Source of the DNA: an uncultured Chloroflexia bacterium
GTDB taxonomy: Bacteria > Chloroflexota > Limnocylindria > Limnocylindrales > CSP1-4
Assembly (NCBI GenBank): GCA_963813335.1
Contig: CAWEYL010000001.1
Span: 352,001 to 416,000 of the forward strand
Reading direction: 5' to 3'
Length of the DNA stretch: 64,000 nucleotides
The notes below the pieces were generated by a model. The model was not told the DNA's origin. It did no database searches and saw nothing but the letters and a program-made list of their open reading frames with translations. The position numbers and the translations under genes are program-made. The number at the start of each line of letters is the position of its first letter. Positions within the stretch are counted from its first letter, which is position 1. Shown in pieces: positions 19,832 through 29,004 of this stretch.

Positions 19832-20697
19832 CGGGCGGCCTCCGCCTCGGCGCGCGCCGAGTCGACCGCCAGGGCCGGGATCCGGCAGGCCTCGCGCCTG
19901 GCCATCGCATCCTGCTCGAAGGACCGGTAGGTCGTCAGGCGGTCGGCGAGCAACCCGAAGTCGACCTGGTGGCCATCGAACTCGGGGCCGTCGACGCAGG
20001 CGTAGCGCGTCTCGCCGCCGACCGAGACCCGGCAGCCGCCGCACATCCCGGTCCCGTCGACCATGATCGCGTTGAGCGAGACGGTGGTCGGCACGCCGTA
20101 GCCGAGCGTGAGCGCACTCACCGCGCGCATCATCGGGACAGGCCCGACCGCGTAGACCGCGTCGGCGCCGCCCGTCAGGACGTCGGCCAGCGCGTCGGTG
20201 ACGAAGCCCGGCCGACCGTAGCTGCCGTCGTCGGTGCAGGCGATGACCTCGCCGCAACGCGCCAGCTCCGGCTCGAGGATCACCCACTCGCGCGAGCGGC
20301 CGCCGATGATACTGGTGACGCGCACCCCGAGCCGCTGCAGCCCCTGGGCGATCGGCAGGATCACCGCGGTCCCGACACCGCCGCCGACGCACACCGCGTG
20401 GCCGGCCTCGATCAGCTCGGTCGCGCTCCCGAGCGGTCCGGCGATGTCCGTGATGCCATCACCCGGGCGCAGCTCGACCAGGTCGGTCGTGCTCTTGCCG
20501 ACGGCCTGGATGATGAGCGTGATCGTGCCCGCGACGGGGTCCGAATCGGCGATCGTCAGCGGGATGCGCTCCGCCCCGGGACCCAGCCGGACGATGACGA
20601 ACTGGCCGGGCTGCCGGATCTGCGCGATCCGCGGGGCCTCGACCACGAGGCGGGTGACGTTGGGCGAGAGCGGTCCGGCTTCGACGATCTGATGCAT
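19828..20697 (-). CDS. NfnA/SudB-like FAD/[2Fe-2S] subunit (PyrK homolog)
   Basis: PGQFVIV, ERIPLTIAD, GGGVG, MVDGTGMCGGCR, CVDGPEFDG; ATGA overlap with the nfnB-like gene. Confidence 0.9.
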   Translation of the reverse strand: MHQIVEAGPLSPNVTRLVVEAPRIAQIRQPGQFVIVRLGPGAERIPLTIADSDPVAGTITLIIQAVGKSTTDLVELRPGDGITDIAGPLGSATELIEAGHAVCVGGGVGTAVILPIAQGLQRLGVRVTSIIGGRSREWVILEPELARCGEVIACTDDGSYGRPGFVTDALADVLTGGADAVYAVGPVPMMRAVSALTLGYGVPTTVSLNAIMVDGTGMCGGCRVSVGGETRYACVDGPEFDGHQVDFGLLADRLTTYRSFEQDAMARREACRIPALAVDSARAEAEAAR

Positions 20698-20773
20698 GTC
20701 CAGCCTGGTATCGAGCAGCGGTCCTGGTCGACCGTGGCTCGATCGTAGGCAGACGGCCGACGAGCCTGACCCG

Positions 20774-20862
20774 GCAGCCGGCCCGTTTCGCCCGGGCCGA
20801 ATGTCACGAGGGTCCGTGCGTCTCGCCCAGCGTCGGGCGAGACAACCTTGCCCTACGGCCAG
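20774..20862. repeat. Direct repeat copy A (degenerate duplicate of the FNR 3' end and downstream DNA)
   Basis: Aligns with 24902-24991; exact 25-bp core CCGGGCCGAATGTCACGAGGGTCCG. Confidence 0.85.
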
Positions 20863-20967
20863 GCTCGCCTGCGTGCAGGCGGCACGCCGAGGAAGGTGCC
20901 GAACAGCCCTGTCGCCCTTCGTGCCGCCGGGAGAACATCTGACGCGTCCGGTCCATGGAGGGCAACT

Positions 20968-21873
20968 GTGCGGATCCTCCTCGCCATCGACGGCTCCCCG
21001 TCGTCGATCCAGGCTCGCGATGTCGTCGGATCGCTGTCGATCCCGGGCGGGTCCTCCGTGACGATGCTCACGGCGTACGACCTTCCTGTCGCGTGGTTCG
21101 GCGAAGCCCTCGCCCCTGAAGGGGCACGGATCGCCGAAGCCGAGGAAGCCATGCGCCGCGAGGCGGACGCCACCCTTGTCCGGTTGGCCGAACCCTACCG
21201 CGGCCGTGACTGGACCGTCGATCGACGCGTCATCCGCGGCCGCGCGCCGGGCGTGATCGTCGACGCAGCCGAGGACCTGGCCGCGGATCTCATCGTGCTC
21301 GGCTCTCGCGGCCACGGCCCGATCGCATCGATGCTGCTCGGCTCGGTGTCTGCCGAGGTCGTCGACCGGACGAGCCGTTCAGTGCTGGTCGCTCGCGGGC
21401 CGAGCGTGTCTCGTCTGCTGGTGGCGACCGACGGCTCGCCGTGCGCGGACCTCATTCCCGACGTGTTATCCAGGTTGGGGGCATTCCAGGGGCTCCCGAC
21501 GGTCGCCGTCAGCGTCGCGCCGGTCGATTCGCCCGCCTTCGCGTTGATGGTCAGCCTGTACACGCTGGGCAGCCTGTCACTCGAGCCCGACCGCCAGGAA
21601 CTGCGCGAGCGCCACCAGCGGCATGCCGCGGCGATGGCCGCACGGCTCTCCGAGAAGGGGATCCCGGCCCAAGGGGAGGTCCGGAGCGGGGACGCGGCAC
21701 AGGAGATCATCGCCGCGGCTGGCGAGCGCCATGTCGACCTCGTCGTGACCGGCTCGCGGTGCCTGCATGGCCTCGACCGATGGCTTCTGGGAAGCGTGGC
21801 GCGAAACGTGCTGCAGCACTCGGGAGTCTCTGTCCTGATCGTGCGGCCTGGCGTCACCCCCACCGGAGCGTGA
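20968..21873 (+). CDS. Tandem-domain universal stress protein
   Basis: ILLAIDGS, LIVLGSRG..LLGSVS, LLVATDGS, LLGSVARNVL. Confidence 0.93.
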   Translation: MRILLAIDGSPSSIQARDVVGSLSIPGGSSVTMLTAYDLPVAWFGEALAPEGARIAEAEEAMRREADATLVRLAEPYRGRDWTVDRRVIRGRAPGVIVDAAEDLAADLIVLGSRGHGPIASMLLGSVSAEVVDRTSRSVLVARGPSVSRLLVATDGSPCADLIPDVLSRLGAFQGLPTVAVSVAPVDSPAFALMVSLYTLGSLSLEPDRQELRERHQRHAAAMAARLSEKGIPAQGEVRSGDAAQEIIAAAGERHVDLVVTGSRCLHGLDRWLLGSVARNVLQHSGVSVLIVRPGVTPTGA

Positions 21874-21903
21874 CCCGACGTTCCGGGACGCTCGGAAGCG
21901 CTG

Positions 21904-24693
21904 TCAGCCTGCGCCACGGTCCCCAGGTCGGGCGAGGTGCCGCGCGGATCCCTTGACCGACGCTCGCGGTGCCCGGCCGACGTGTGGCCCGGACGTCCGG
22001 CGTCCGATCCATTTCTCGACCTCGACGGCTGCGAAACCAAGGGTGGAGGCGACCAGGACCATCGCCAGCTGGGGCAGTGTCAGCGCGACCGTTCCGAAGA
22101 CCGGCTGCAGGGCCGGGACGAAGATGAGGGCCATCTGCACGACGAAGGTGGCCGCCACCGCGATCGTCAGCGGCAGGTTCGATCGGAGGCCGAGCCGGAA
22201 GAAGCTCTCTGTCTCCGACCGGATGGCCAGCGCATGCCCGAGCTGAAGGAGCGCCAGGGTCGCGAAGACCATCGTCTGCCACGGCCAGTCCTGGCCGACC
22301 GCGTACGCCTGGACCGCGAGGGCGACGGACGCCATCAGCAGCCCGACCCAGATGGTGTGCTGCCACAGACCGCGGGCGAAGAGCGACTCGGACGGTGACC
22401 GCGGCGGCCGGCGCATCGTGCCGCGCTCCGTCGGCTCGACGCCCAGGGCGAGGGCCGGAAGTCCATCAGTCACGAGGTTGACCCACAGGATCTGCACGGC
22501 TAGCAGCGGGAACGGGAGGCCAAGGAACGGGGCGAGCGTCATGACCCAGATCTCGGCGGAGTTCGTGGTCAACAGATAGCGGACGAAGCGCCGGATGTTG
22601 TCGTAGATCCTGCGACCTTCCTCGACGGCGGCGACGATCGTCGCGAAGTCATCGTCGGCGAGGACCATGTCGGCCGCCTCCTTGCTGACCTCGGTCCCGG
22701 TGACGCCCATCGCGACCCCGATGTCGGCCCGCCGCAGTGCAGGGGCGTCGTTCACGCCGTCGCCCGTCATCGAGACGACCGCCCCACGGCGCCGCCAGGC
22801 GTCCACGATGCGGAGCTTCTGTTCGGGATCGGTCCGCGCGTACACGGCCACATCGGCCACGATGGCGTCGAAGGCGGGGTCGTCGAGCTGCTCGAGTTCG
22901 GCACCGGTGAGGCTGCGTCCGCCGTCGCGCAGGACGCCGATCCGTCGGGCGATCGCGTTGGCCGTCAACGGGTGATCGCCGGTGATCATGACGGGCGTGA
23001 TGCCGGCCGCACGACAGGCCGCGATCGACGGGGCCGACGCCTCTCGCGGAGGATCTGCCATCCCGACGATCCCAAGAAGGTGGAGGCCGTGCTCGGCGTC
23101 GTCGAGCCGGGCGGGGATGTCGTCGATCGCGCGCTCGGCGAACGCGAGCACGCGGTAACCGTCGACGGCGTAGCGCTCGGCCACGCGCTCCGCCTCCCGC
23201 AGCAGGTCGGCCTCGGTCGCACCGAGGAGTGGTCCGATCGCCTCCAGGGCGCCCTTCACGGCGACCCAGACCTCGGCACCGGCGGTGTGGATGGTCGCCA
23301 TCCTTCGCCGCTCGGGGTCGAACGTCAGCTCTTCGACGCGCGGGCATGCGGCGGCGACCGAGTGCGGATCCACTCCGAGCTTGGCGGCGAGGGCGAGCAG
23401 CGCCGCCTCGGTCGGATCGCCGCTGATGGTCCACGGGCCACCGGCGGTGATCGGGGCATGGAGCGATGCGTCGTTGCAGGCGGCGGCCACCATGGCGAGT
23501 CGCTCAAGGGCGGTGTCGTTCGCGGGCTGGGGATCGAACTGTCCGGTCGGGGTGTAGCCGTCGCCCGTCACGCGATAGTCGCCGATCGGGGTCCAGACCC
23601 GTTCGGCGAGCATCCGGTTCTCGGTCAGGGTGCCGGTCTTGTCGCTGCAGATCACGGTCACCGACCCAAGCGTCTCGACCGCCGGCAGCTTGCGGATGAG
23701 GGCATGCCGTTGCGCCATCCGTCGGGCGCCCAGAGCCAGGGCGATCGTGACGACGGCCGGCAGGCCTTCGGGGATGGCCGCGACCGCGAGACTCACCGCG
23801 GTCAGGAACATCAAGTCGGCGGGCTCGCCACGGGCGACGCCGCTGATGAAGACGAAGAGGCACACGACGAACGCCGCGGCCGCCAGACGCTTGCCGAGCG
23901 TCGACAGCCGTCGTTGGAGCGGCGTCTGGCCACTGCCGTGTTCCTCGAGGAGTTCGGCGACACGCCCGAGGGCCGTCTCCATCCCGGTCGCCACGACCAG
24001 GCCCAGGCCACGCCCATAGGTCACCGCGGTGCCACTGAAGGCCATGTTCCGCTGATCGGCGAGGACCACCGTGGTGACATCGGAGATCCGCGCCGTCGAC
24101 TTGCTTGCCGGTTCCGACTCGCCGGTCAGGGCGGCCTCGTTGATGCGGAGGGATCGGGCCTCGATCAGGCGCATGTCGGCAGTCACGACGTCCCCCACGT
24201 CGAGCCGCACGAGGTCGCCCGGCACGAGATCGGCCGCCGCGACGACGATCGTGTCGCCGGCACGAACGACGCGTGCCGACGGGCTGGTCATGTGCTTGAG
24301 CGCGTCCATCGCCTGCTCGGCCCGATATTCCTGGACGAAGCCGATGATCCCGTTGAGCGCGACGATGACCAGGATGATGGCGGTGTCCTTGAGGTCGCCG
24401 ATCGCCGCCGTGATCGCGGCGGCACCGAGCAGGACCAGGATCATCGCGTTGGTGAACTGTTCGGCCAGCAGGTGCCAGGCCGGCTTGACGGGGCGCGCCT
24501 TCAGCACGTTCGGTCCGCGTTCGATCAGGCGATCGCGAGCGTCATCGGGATCGAGGCCCCGATCCACGCTGGAGCCGAGCGCGGCGACGACCTCCGAAGC
24601 TTCGATCGCCCATGGGTCCCGGACGCGGACCACCGCGGGGACGTCCTCGATCTGGACGCCCGAGGATCCGTCGACGCCTGGGAGCACGCTCAC
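21904..24693 (-). CDS. Cation-translocating P-type ATPase (type IIA, Ca2+/CtpF-like; start approximate)
   Basis: [33 protein letters not shown]. Confidence 0.95.
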   Translation of the reverse strand: MSVLPGVDGSSGVQIEDVPAVVRVRDPWAIEASEVVAALGSSVDRGLDPDDARDRLIERGPNVLKARPVKPAWHLLAEQFTNAMILVLLGAAAITAAIGDLKDTAIILVIVALNGIIGFVQEYRAEQAMDALKHMTSPSARVVRAGDTIVVAAADLVPGDLVRLDVGDVVTADMRLIEARSLRINEAALTGESEPASKSTARISDVTTVVLADQRNMAFSGTAVTYGRGLGLVVATGMETALGRVAELLEEHGSGQTPLQRRLSTLGKRLAAAAFVVCLFVFISGVARGEPADLMFLTAVSLAVAAIPEGLPAVVTIALALGARRMAQRHALIRKLPAVETLGSVTVICSDKTGTLTENRMLAERVWTPIGDYRVTGDGYTPTGQFDPQPANDTALERLAMVAAACNDASLHAPITAGGPWTISGDPTEAALLALAAKLGVDPHSVAAACPRVEELTFDPERRRMATIHTAGAEVWVAVKGALEAIGPLLGATEADLLREAERVAERYAVDGYRVLAFAERAIDDIPARLDDAEHGLHLLGIVGMADPPREASAPSIAACRAAGITPVMITGDHPLTANAIARRIGVLRDGGRSLTGAELEQLDDPAFDAIVADVAVYARTDPEQKLRIVDAWRRRGAVVSMTGDGVNDAPALRRADIGVAMGVTGTEVSKEAADMVLADDDFATIVAAVEEGRRIYDNIRRFVRYLLTTNSAEIWVMTLAPFLGLPFPLLAVQILWVNLVTDGLPALALGVEPTERGTMRRPPRSPSESLFARGLWQHTIWVGLLMASVALAVQAYAVGQDWPWQTMVFATLALLQLGHALAIRSETESFFRLGLRSNLPLTIAVAATFVVQMALIFVPALQPVFGTVALTLPQLAMVLVASTLGFAAVEVEKWIGRRTSGPHVGRAPRASVKGSARHLARPGDRGAG

Positions 24694-24901
24694 GTTGCCG
24701 GTTCCGGTTCGTCGCACCTGGCGTGGTCGGGGGGACGTCGGCCGGTACGATCCGAGCGTCACCGCGACGACGACCACGGCGGAAGTGCCGATCGGACCGA
24801 TCGGCCATACCGGCCATCCCGAATCAGGCCCGGCGCCACGGTCGTGGCTTGGACGGCATGACGCACTCGGCCGGGCGGCCAAGCGAGGACGGACGGCCCG
24901 T

Positions 24902-24991
24902 GCAGCCGGCCCGTTCCGGCCGGGCCGAATGTCACGAGGGTCCGGCGCGTCTCACCCGGCGTCGGGCGTCGCGGTCTTGCCCTTGGGCCAG
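24902..24991. repeat. Direct repeat copy B, overlapping the FNR stop codon
   Basis: Aligns with 20774-20862. Confidence 0.85.
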
Positions 24992-25773
24992 TAGAGCTCC
25001 TTCTTGACGTGGAACTCCGGGAAGCCGTGGTCCATCAGGGCCGATTCCGCGTTGAGGATCATGTCCGGATTGCCGCAGATGTACACCACGGTCTTGTCGG
25101 GGCGCAGGTGCAGGTCCTTGCACACGTCGATGACTACGTGCTCGGCACGCCCGGTGCGCCCGGTCCAGCCCGCGTTCCGCGGATCGTCCGGACGGCTGAT
25201 CGTCGGGACGTAGGTGACCGGGTAGGCATGGCTCCCCTGGAGATCCTCGAGCTCATCGCGGTACCCGAGCTCGTCGACGTACGACACGCCGTTCAGGACC
25301 ACGGTCTTGCGCGGGGCGCCCGCGAGCATCGTGTCCCGGATCATCGCGATGAACGGCGCGATGCCGGTCCCGGTCGAGACGAACAGGTGCGTGCGCTCAT
25401 CATCGGGCTCGAGCATGAACCTGCCCTTCGGCCCGATCATCCGCATCCCGTGACCGGGGGGCAGGCGCCACAGGAGCGTGGTGAACCGGATGATGGGGAC
25501 GAGCCGGACGTACATCTCGTAGCCGCTGTCGCCCGCCTCGCGCGGGGACGACGCCACCGAGTACGGCCGCTGCCAGATCTTCCCGTCGGCGAAGACGCCG
25601 ATCGTCATGTACTGCCCGGGCTCGAAGGGCGTCGGCTCGCCGTCGAACTTGACCCAGATGCGGGCCAGGTCGTGGGTGTAGTCGATCCGTCGCACGATCC
25701 GGGCGTTGTAGCGCTCGTCCTCGGATTCGATCACGCGATCGTCGTCGATCGGCGGCTTCAGGAGTTCGGTCAT
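24952..25773 (-). CDS. Ferredoxin/flavodoxin--NADP+ reductase
   Basis: FEPGQY, RPYSVAS, TGTGIAPF, YICGNPDM, KELYW. Confidence 0.9.
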   Translation of the reverse strand: MTELLKPPIDDDRVIESEDERYNARIVRRIDYTHDLARIWVKFDGEPTPFEPGQYMTIGVFADGKIWQRPYSVASSPREAGDSGYEMYVRLVPIIRFTTLLWRLPPGHGMRMIGPKGRFMLEPDDERTHLFVSTGTGIAPFIAMIRDTMLAGAPRKTVVLNGVSYVDELGYRDELEDLQGSHAYPVTYVPTISRPDDPRNAGWTGRTGRAEHVVIDVCKDLHLRPDKTVVYICGNPDMILNAESALMDHGFPEFHVKKELYWPKGKTATPDAG

Positions 25774-25941
25774 GGATCCATCGCCTCTGCTGGAGGTTGC
25801 AGCGCCGATGGTAGCGGGCCTCGCCCCGCGGGGTCGCCGATCCCTGGTTGCGGCACCGGTTCGCCTGGGTCGCAACGACGCGACCCTCCATGGGTCGAAT
25901 GACCGATGCCGGACGACGGCGACCGCATACACTTCGACCGC

Positions 25942-28821
25942 ATGACCGAGCTGAAGCCGAACGTCAGCCCGCTCCTCGTCGGTCGTGACGACGTGCTCGA
26001 GTTGATCGAGCGGCGATCGGCCGAGGCGGCCGCCGGCCGGGGCCAGTTCCTTCTCCTCGCGGGTGAGGCCGGGATCGGCAAGTCTCGCCTCGTCGCGGCG
26101 CTCCGGACCGCCGCCCTCGCTCGCGGGTCCCGGGTCATGCAGGCGGACATCGCTCCCCAGGACCGTGACCTGCCGGCTGCGCTGTTCCTCGACCTGGCGC
26201 GCACGGCCGCGGGAACCCCGCCGTTCGAGACCCTGGGTGCTGATCTTCTGGCGCTCCGCGAGGCCGCGGGGGCCGCCGAGCATGCCCGCCGCCGCATGCT
26301 GGTCGGAGACGCGGTGGAGTGCATCCGGCGCGCCGTGGAGGCGCCGACGGTGATCGTGTTCGAGGACCTCCAGTGGTCCGACGAGCTGAGCCTGGAGATC
26401 ATCGCCGAGCTGGCCCGGACCACCCGCGACCGGCCGCTGCTGCTCGTCGCGACCTACCGCTCCGATGAGGCGGCGCCCGGAACCTCGTTGCGCGATTGGC
26501 GGTCGCGGCTGGTCACCCAGCGCATCGCCGAGGAGATCCGGCTGGCGCCGCTCGACCAGGCGCAGACCGCCCTGGTCACGACGCTCATCCTCGACACCGG
26601 CCTGCCCGCGCCGCGCGAGGTCGTCGCCGCCGTCTACGACCGCACCGACGGGATCCCGCTGCATATCGAGGAGCTGCTCGGCGCCATGAGCGCCCAGGCG
26701 CGCGCGGACGGCCGGGCGATCCGCGAGGCCACCGTCCCCGAGACGATCGAGGACGCCGTGCTGGAGCGGCTCGGTCGGACGTCGCCGGAGGCGCAGGCGC
26801 TGGCCCAGGCGGGCGCGGTCGTCGGCCGCTGCTTCGTGCCCGACGTGCTCGCCGGCGTCATGGACGTCCACCCCGAATCGCTCGACGAGCCGATGCAGGA
26901 GCTGATCGACCACGGCGTCCTCGTGGCCGCCGGCCCGCAGGGTCTCGTCGATTTCCGACACCAGCTGCTGCGCGACGCGATCTATCGGAGCGTCCCGCTC
27001 CGCGACCGGCGCCGCTTCCATGCCCGGGCCGGCGAGTTCGGCGCGCAGCTGGAGGGCCAGTCGGAGATCCACTCGTCCCTGCATTTCGAGCGCGCCGGGC
27101 TCAGGAACCGAGCGTATGAGACGGCCCTCTCCGGAGCGCGGGACGCGTCGCGGCTGTCGGCCCATCGCGAGGCGTTCGAGCTGTACCGCCGAGCGGTCGA
27201 CAACATCCCCGACGACCTGCCGCCAGCACTCGAGGCGGCCCTGCTGGTGGCCTTCGCGGACGAGGGCTGGGCGATCGAGGAGAACGAGCGGGCGCAGGCG
27301 GCGTACGCACGCGCCGAGGCGGCGTATCGGGCCGCCGGTGATCCGCTCGGCGAACTCAGCGCGCTGCTGCTTCGGTCCGCCAATGGCCGCCGCACCGGGA
27401 CGCCGGCGTCGGAGCGGCTCGACGTCGCGGCGCGGATCCACGCGCGTCTGGATGCCCTGCCCGCCGGGCGGGACGTCGACGAGGTCCGCGCCGATGTCCT
27501 GGCCACGGCCGGCCAGGCCCACGTCGACATCCGCGACCTGTCAGCCGCGCGGTCGGACTTCGACCGTCTCCGACGATTGGGCCAGACCCTCGACGATCCC
27601 GAGTGGGTGACGTTCGCGGAGTGGCATCTGGCCCGCATCGCCGTGATCGAGGGCGACGTCCAGCCCTCACTCGAGCGCATCGGCCAGCTGGCCGGCGCCG
27701 CCGAGCGGGCGGGCCAGGAGGGAACGGCCGTGTCCGCCTATCGAGACGCGGCGACCCTCGCAGCCATCGCGATGGACTACGGCGCGGCCTCGCGGAACAT
27801 CGATGCCGGGGTTCGCTACGCGGATTCGATCGAGCAGTCCTACTGCGCTCACGTGATGGCGGCCACATCCGCGATCGTGTCATGGGCCGGGGCGGACTGG
27901 GCCGATGCCACGACCCGGGCACGCCAGGCGATGGCTGACCACGGCAGTGCGAGGGGGCACGAGACCGCTCGCATGGCGCTCGCGTCGGTCGAGCTCGGGC
28001 GCGGTGAGCTGGCGTCGGCTGAGGCGGGCTTCGCCACCGTGCTCCGGTTCGGCCAGGTCAGCGAGTCGATCGACTTCGTCCTGCCGCCGATGTGGGGCCT
28101 CGCCGAGGTCGCGCTCCAGGCGGGAGAACCCGAGCGTGCCGCTGCGATCTGTCGCGAGGCCTTGGAGCGCGCCGTCCAGCTCGGTGAGCGCCTGATGCTG
28201 ATCCCACTCGTGGTGCCCGGCGTGCGAGCCGTCCAGGCGGCGGGCCGGCCGAGCGATGCCGAAACGTGGCTTGAGGCCTGTTCGGCGCACCTGGCCCCCG
28301 TCGCGGGGATCGCCGGGCCAGCCCTTGCCCACGGCCGTGGGCTGGTCTTGCTCGCGAACGGCGCCACCGGGGTCGCTCGGACCGAGCTCGAGGCGGCGGT
28401 CCGCGGCTGGGACGATCGCGGTCGCGTCTGGGAGGCGACCTGGGCGCGGCTTGACCTCGCACAGTGCCTCATCCGCTCGAACCGGTTCGCCGAGGCGCTC
28501 GCGCTCGCCGTGGACGCGCGAGGGACCGCCTCCGGCCTCGATTCGCCTCCGCTGGCGGCGCGCGCCGACAGCCTCCAGCGGATGGCCCGCGGCCACGTCG
28601 TGGACGAGGAGCCGTGGCGCCCGCTCACGGCCCGCGAGTACGCCGTGGCGCGGCTCATCGCCGAAGGACATACGAACGCCGAGATCGCCGACGTGCTCGG
28701 CATCGCGCCGAAGACCGCCAGCAGTCACGTCGAGCACATCCTGGCCAAGCTGGGGGCGTCGCGCCGCGCCGAGATCGCGTCGTGGGCGAGCCACGTCGAG
28801 CGGAGCGTCCTGGTCAACTGA
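25942..28821 (+). CDS. Large ATP-binding LuxR-family (LAL/STAND) transcriptional regulator
   Basis: LVGR, GEAGIGKS Walker A, FEDLQWSD, FRHQLLR, C-terminal LTAREYAVA..TNAEIA..HVEHILAKLG. Confidence 0.92.
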   Translation: MTELKPNVSPLLVGRDDVLELIERRSAEAAAGRGQFLLLAGEAGIGKSRLVAALRTAALARGSRVMQADIAPQDRDLPAALFLDLARTAAGTPPFETLGADLLALREAAGAAEHARRRMLVGDAVECIRRAVEAPTVIVFEDLQWSDELSLEIIAELARTTRDRPLLLVATYRSDEAAPGTSLRDWRSRLVTQRIAEEIRLAPLDQAQTALVTTLILDTGLPAPREVVAAVYDRTDGIPLHIEELLGAMSAQARADGRAIREATVPETIEDAVLERLGRTSPEAQALAQAGAVVGRCFVPDVLAGVMDVHPESLDEPMQELIDHGVLVAAGPQGLVDFRHQLLRDAIYRSVPLRDRRRFHARAGEFGAQLEGQSEIHSSLHFERAGLRNRAYETALSGARDASRLSAHREAFELYRRAVDNIPDDLPPALEAALLVAFADEGWAIEENERAQAAYARAEAAYRAAGDPLGELSALLLRSANGRRTGTPASERLDVAARIHARLDALPAGRDVDEVRADVLATAGQAHVDIRDLSAARSDFDRLRRLGQTLDDPEWVTFAEWHLARIAVIEGDVQPSLERIGQLAGAAERAGQEGTAVSAYRDAATLAAIAMDYGAASRNIDAGVRYADSIEQSYCAHVMAATSAIVSWAGADWADATTRARQAMADHGSARGHETARMALASVELGRGELASAEAGFATVLRFGQVSESIDFVLPPMWGLAEVALQAGEPERAAAICREALERAVQLGERLMLIPLVVPGVRAVQAAGRPSDAETWLEACSAHLAPVAGIAGPALAHGRGLVLLANGATGVARTELEAAVRGWDDRGRVWEATWARLDLAQCLIRSNRFAEALALAVDARGTASGLDSPPLAARADSLQRMARGHVVDEEPWRPLTAREYAVARLIAEGHTNAEIADVLGIAPKTASSHVEHILAKLGASRRAEIASWASHVERSVLVN

Positions 28822-29004
28822 CCGGCCGGCGGGTCAGCGCACCTCCGCCCGGTCGCGGTTCGCACCAGCCCGGCACCCGCGACCGTCCCGCAACCATGGG
28901 ACCCCGGGCAGCGACGGTACAATCCGGACGCACACGACCGACCCACCTCACGGGCGCCGCCCCGCACGACCGCGGGCCCGTCACCCCGATCCCGGAGGCA
29001 ACCG

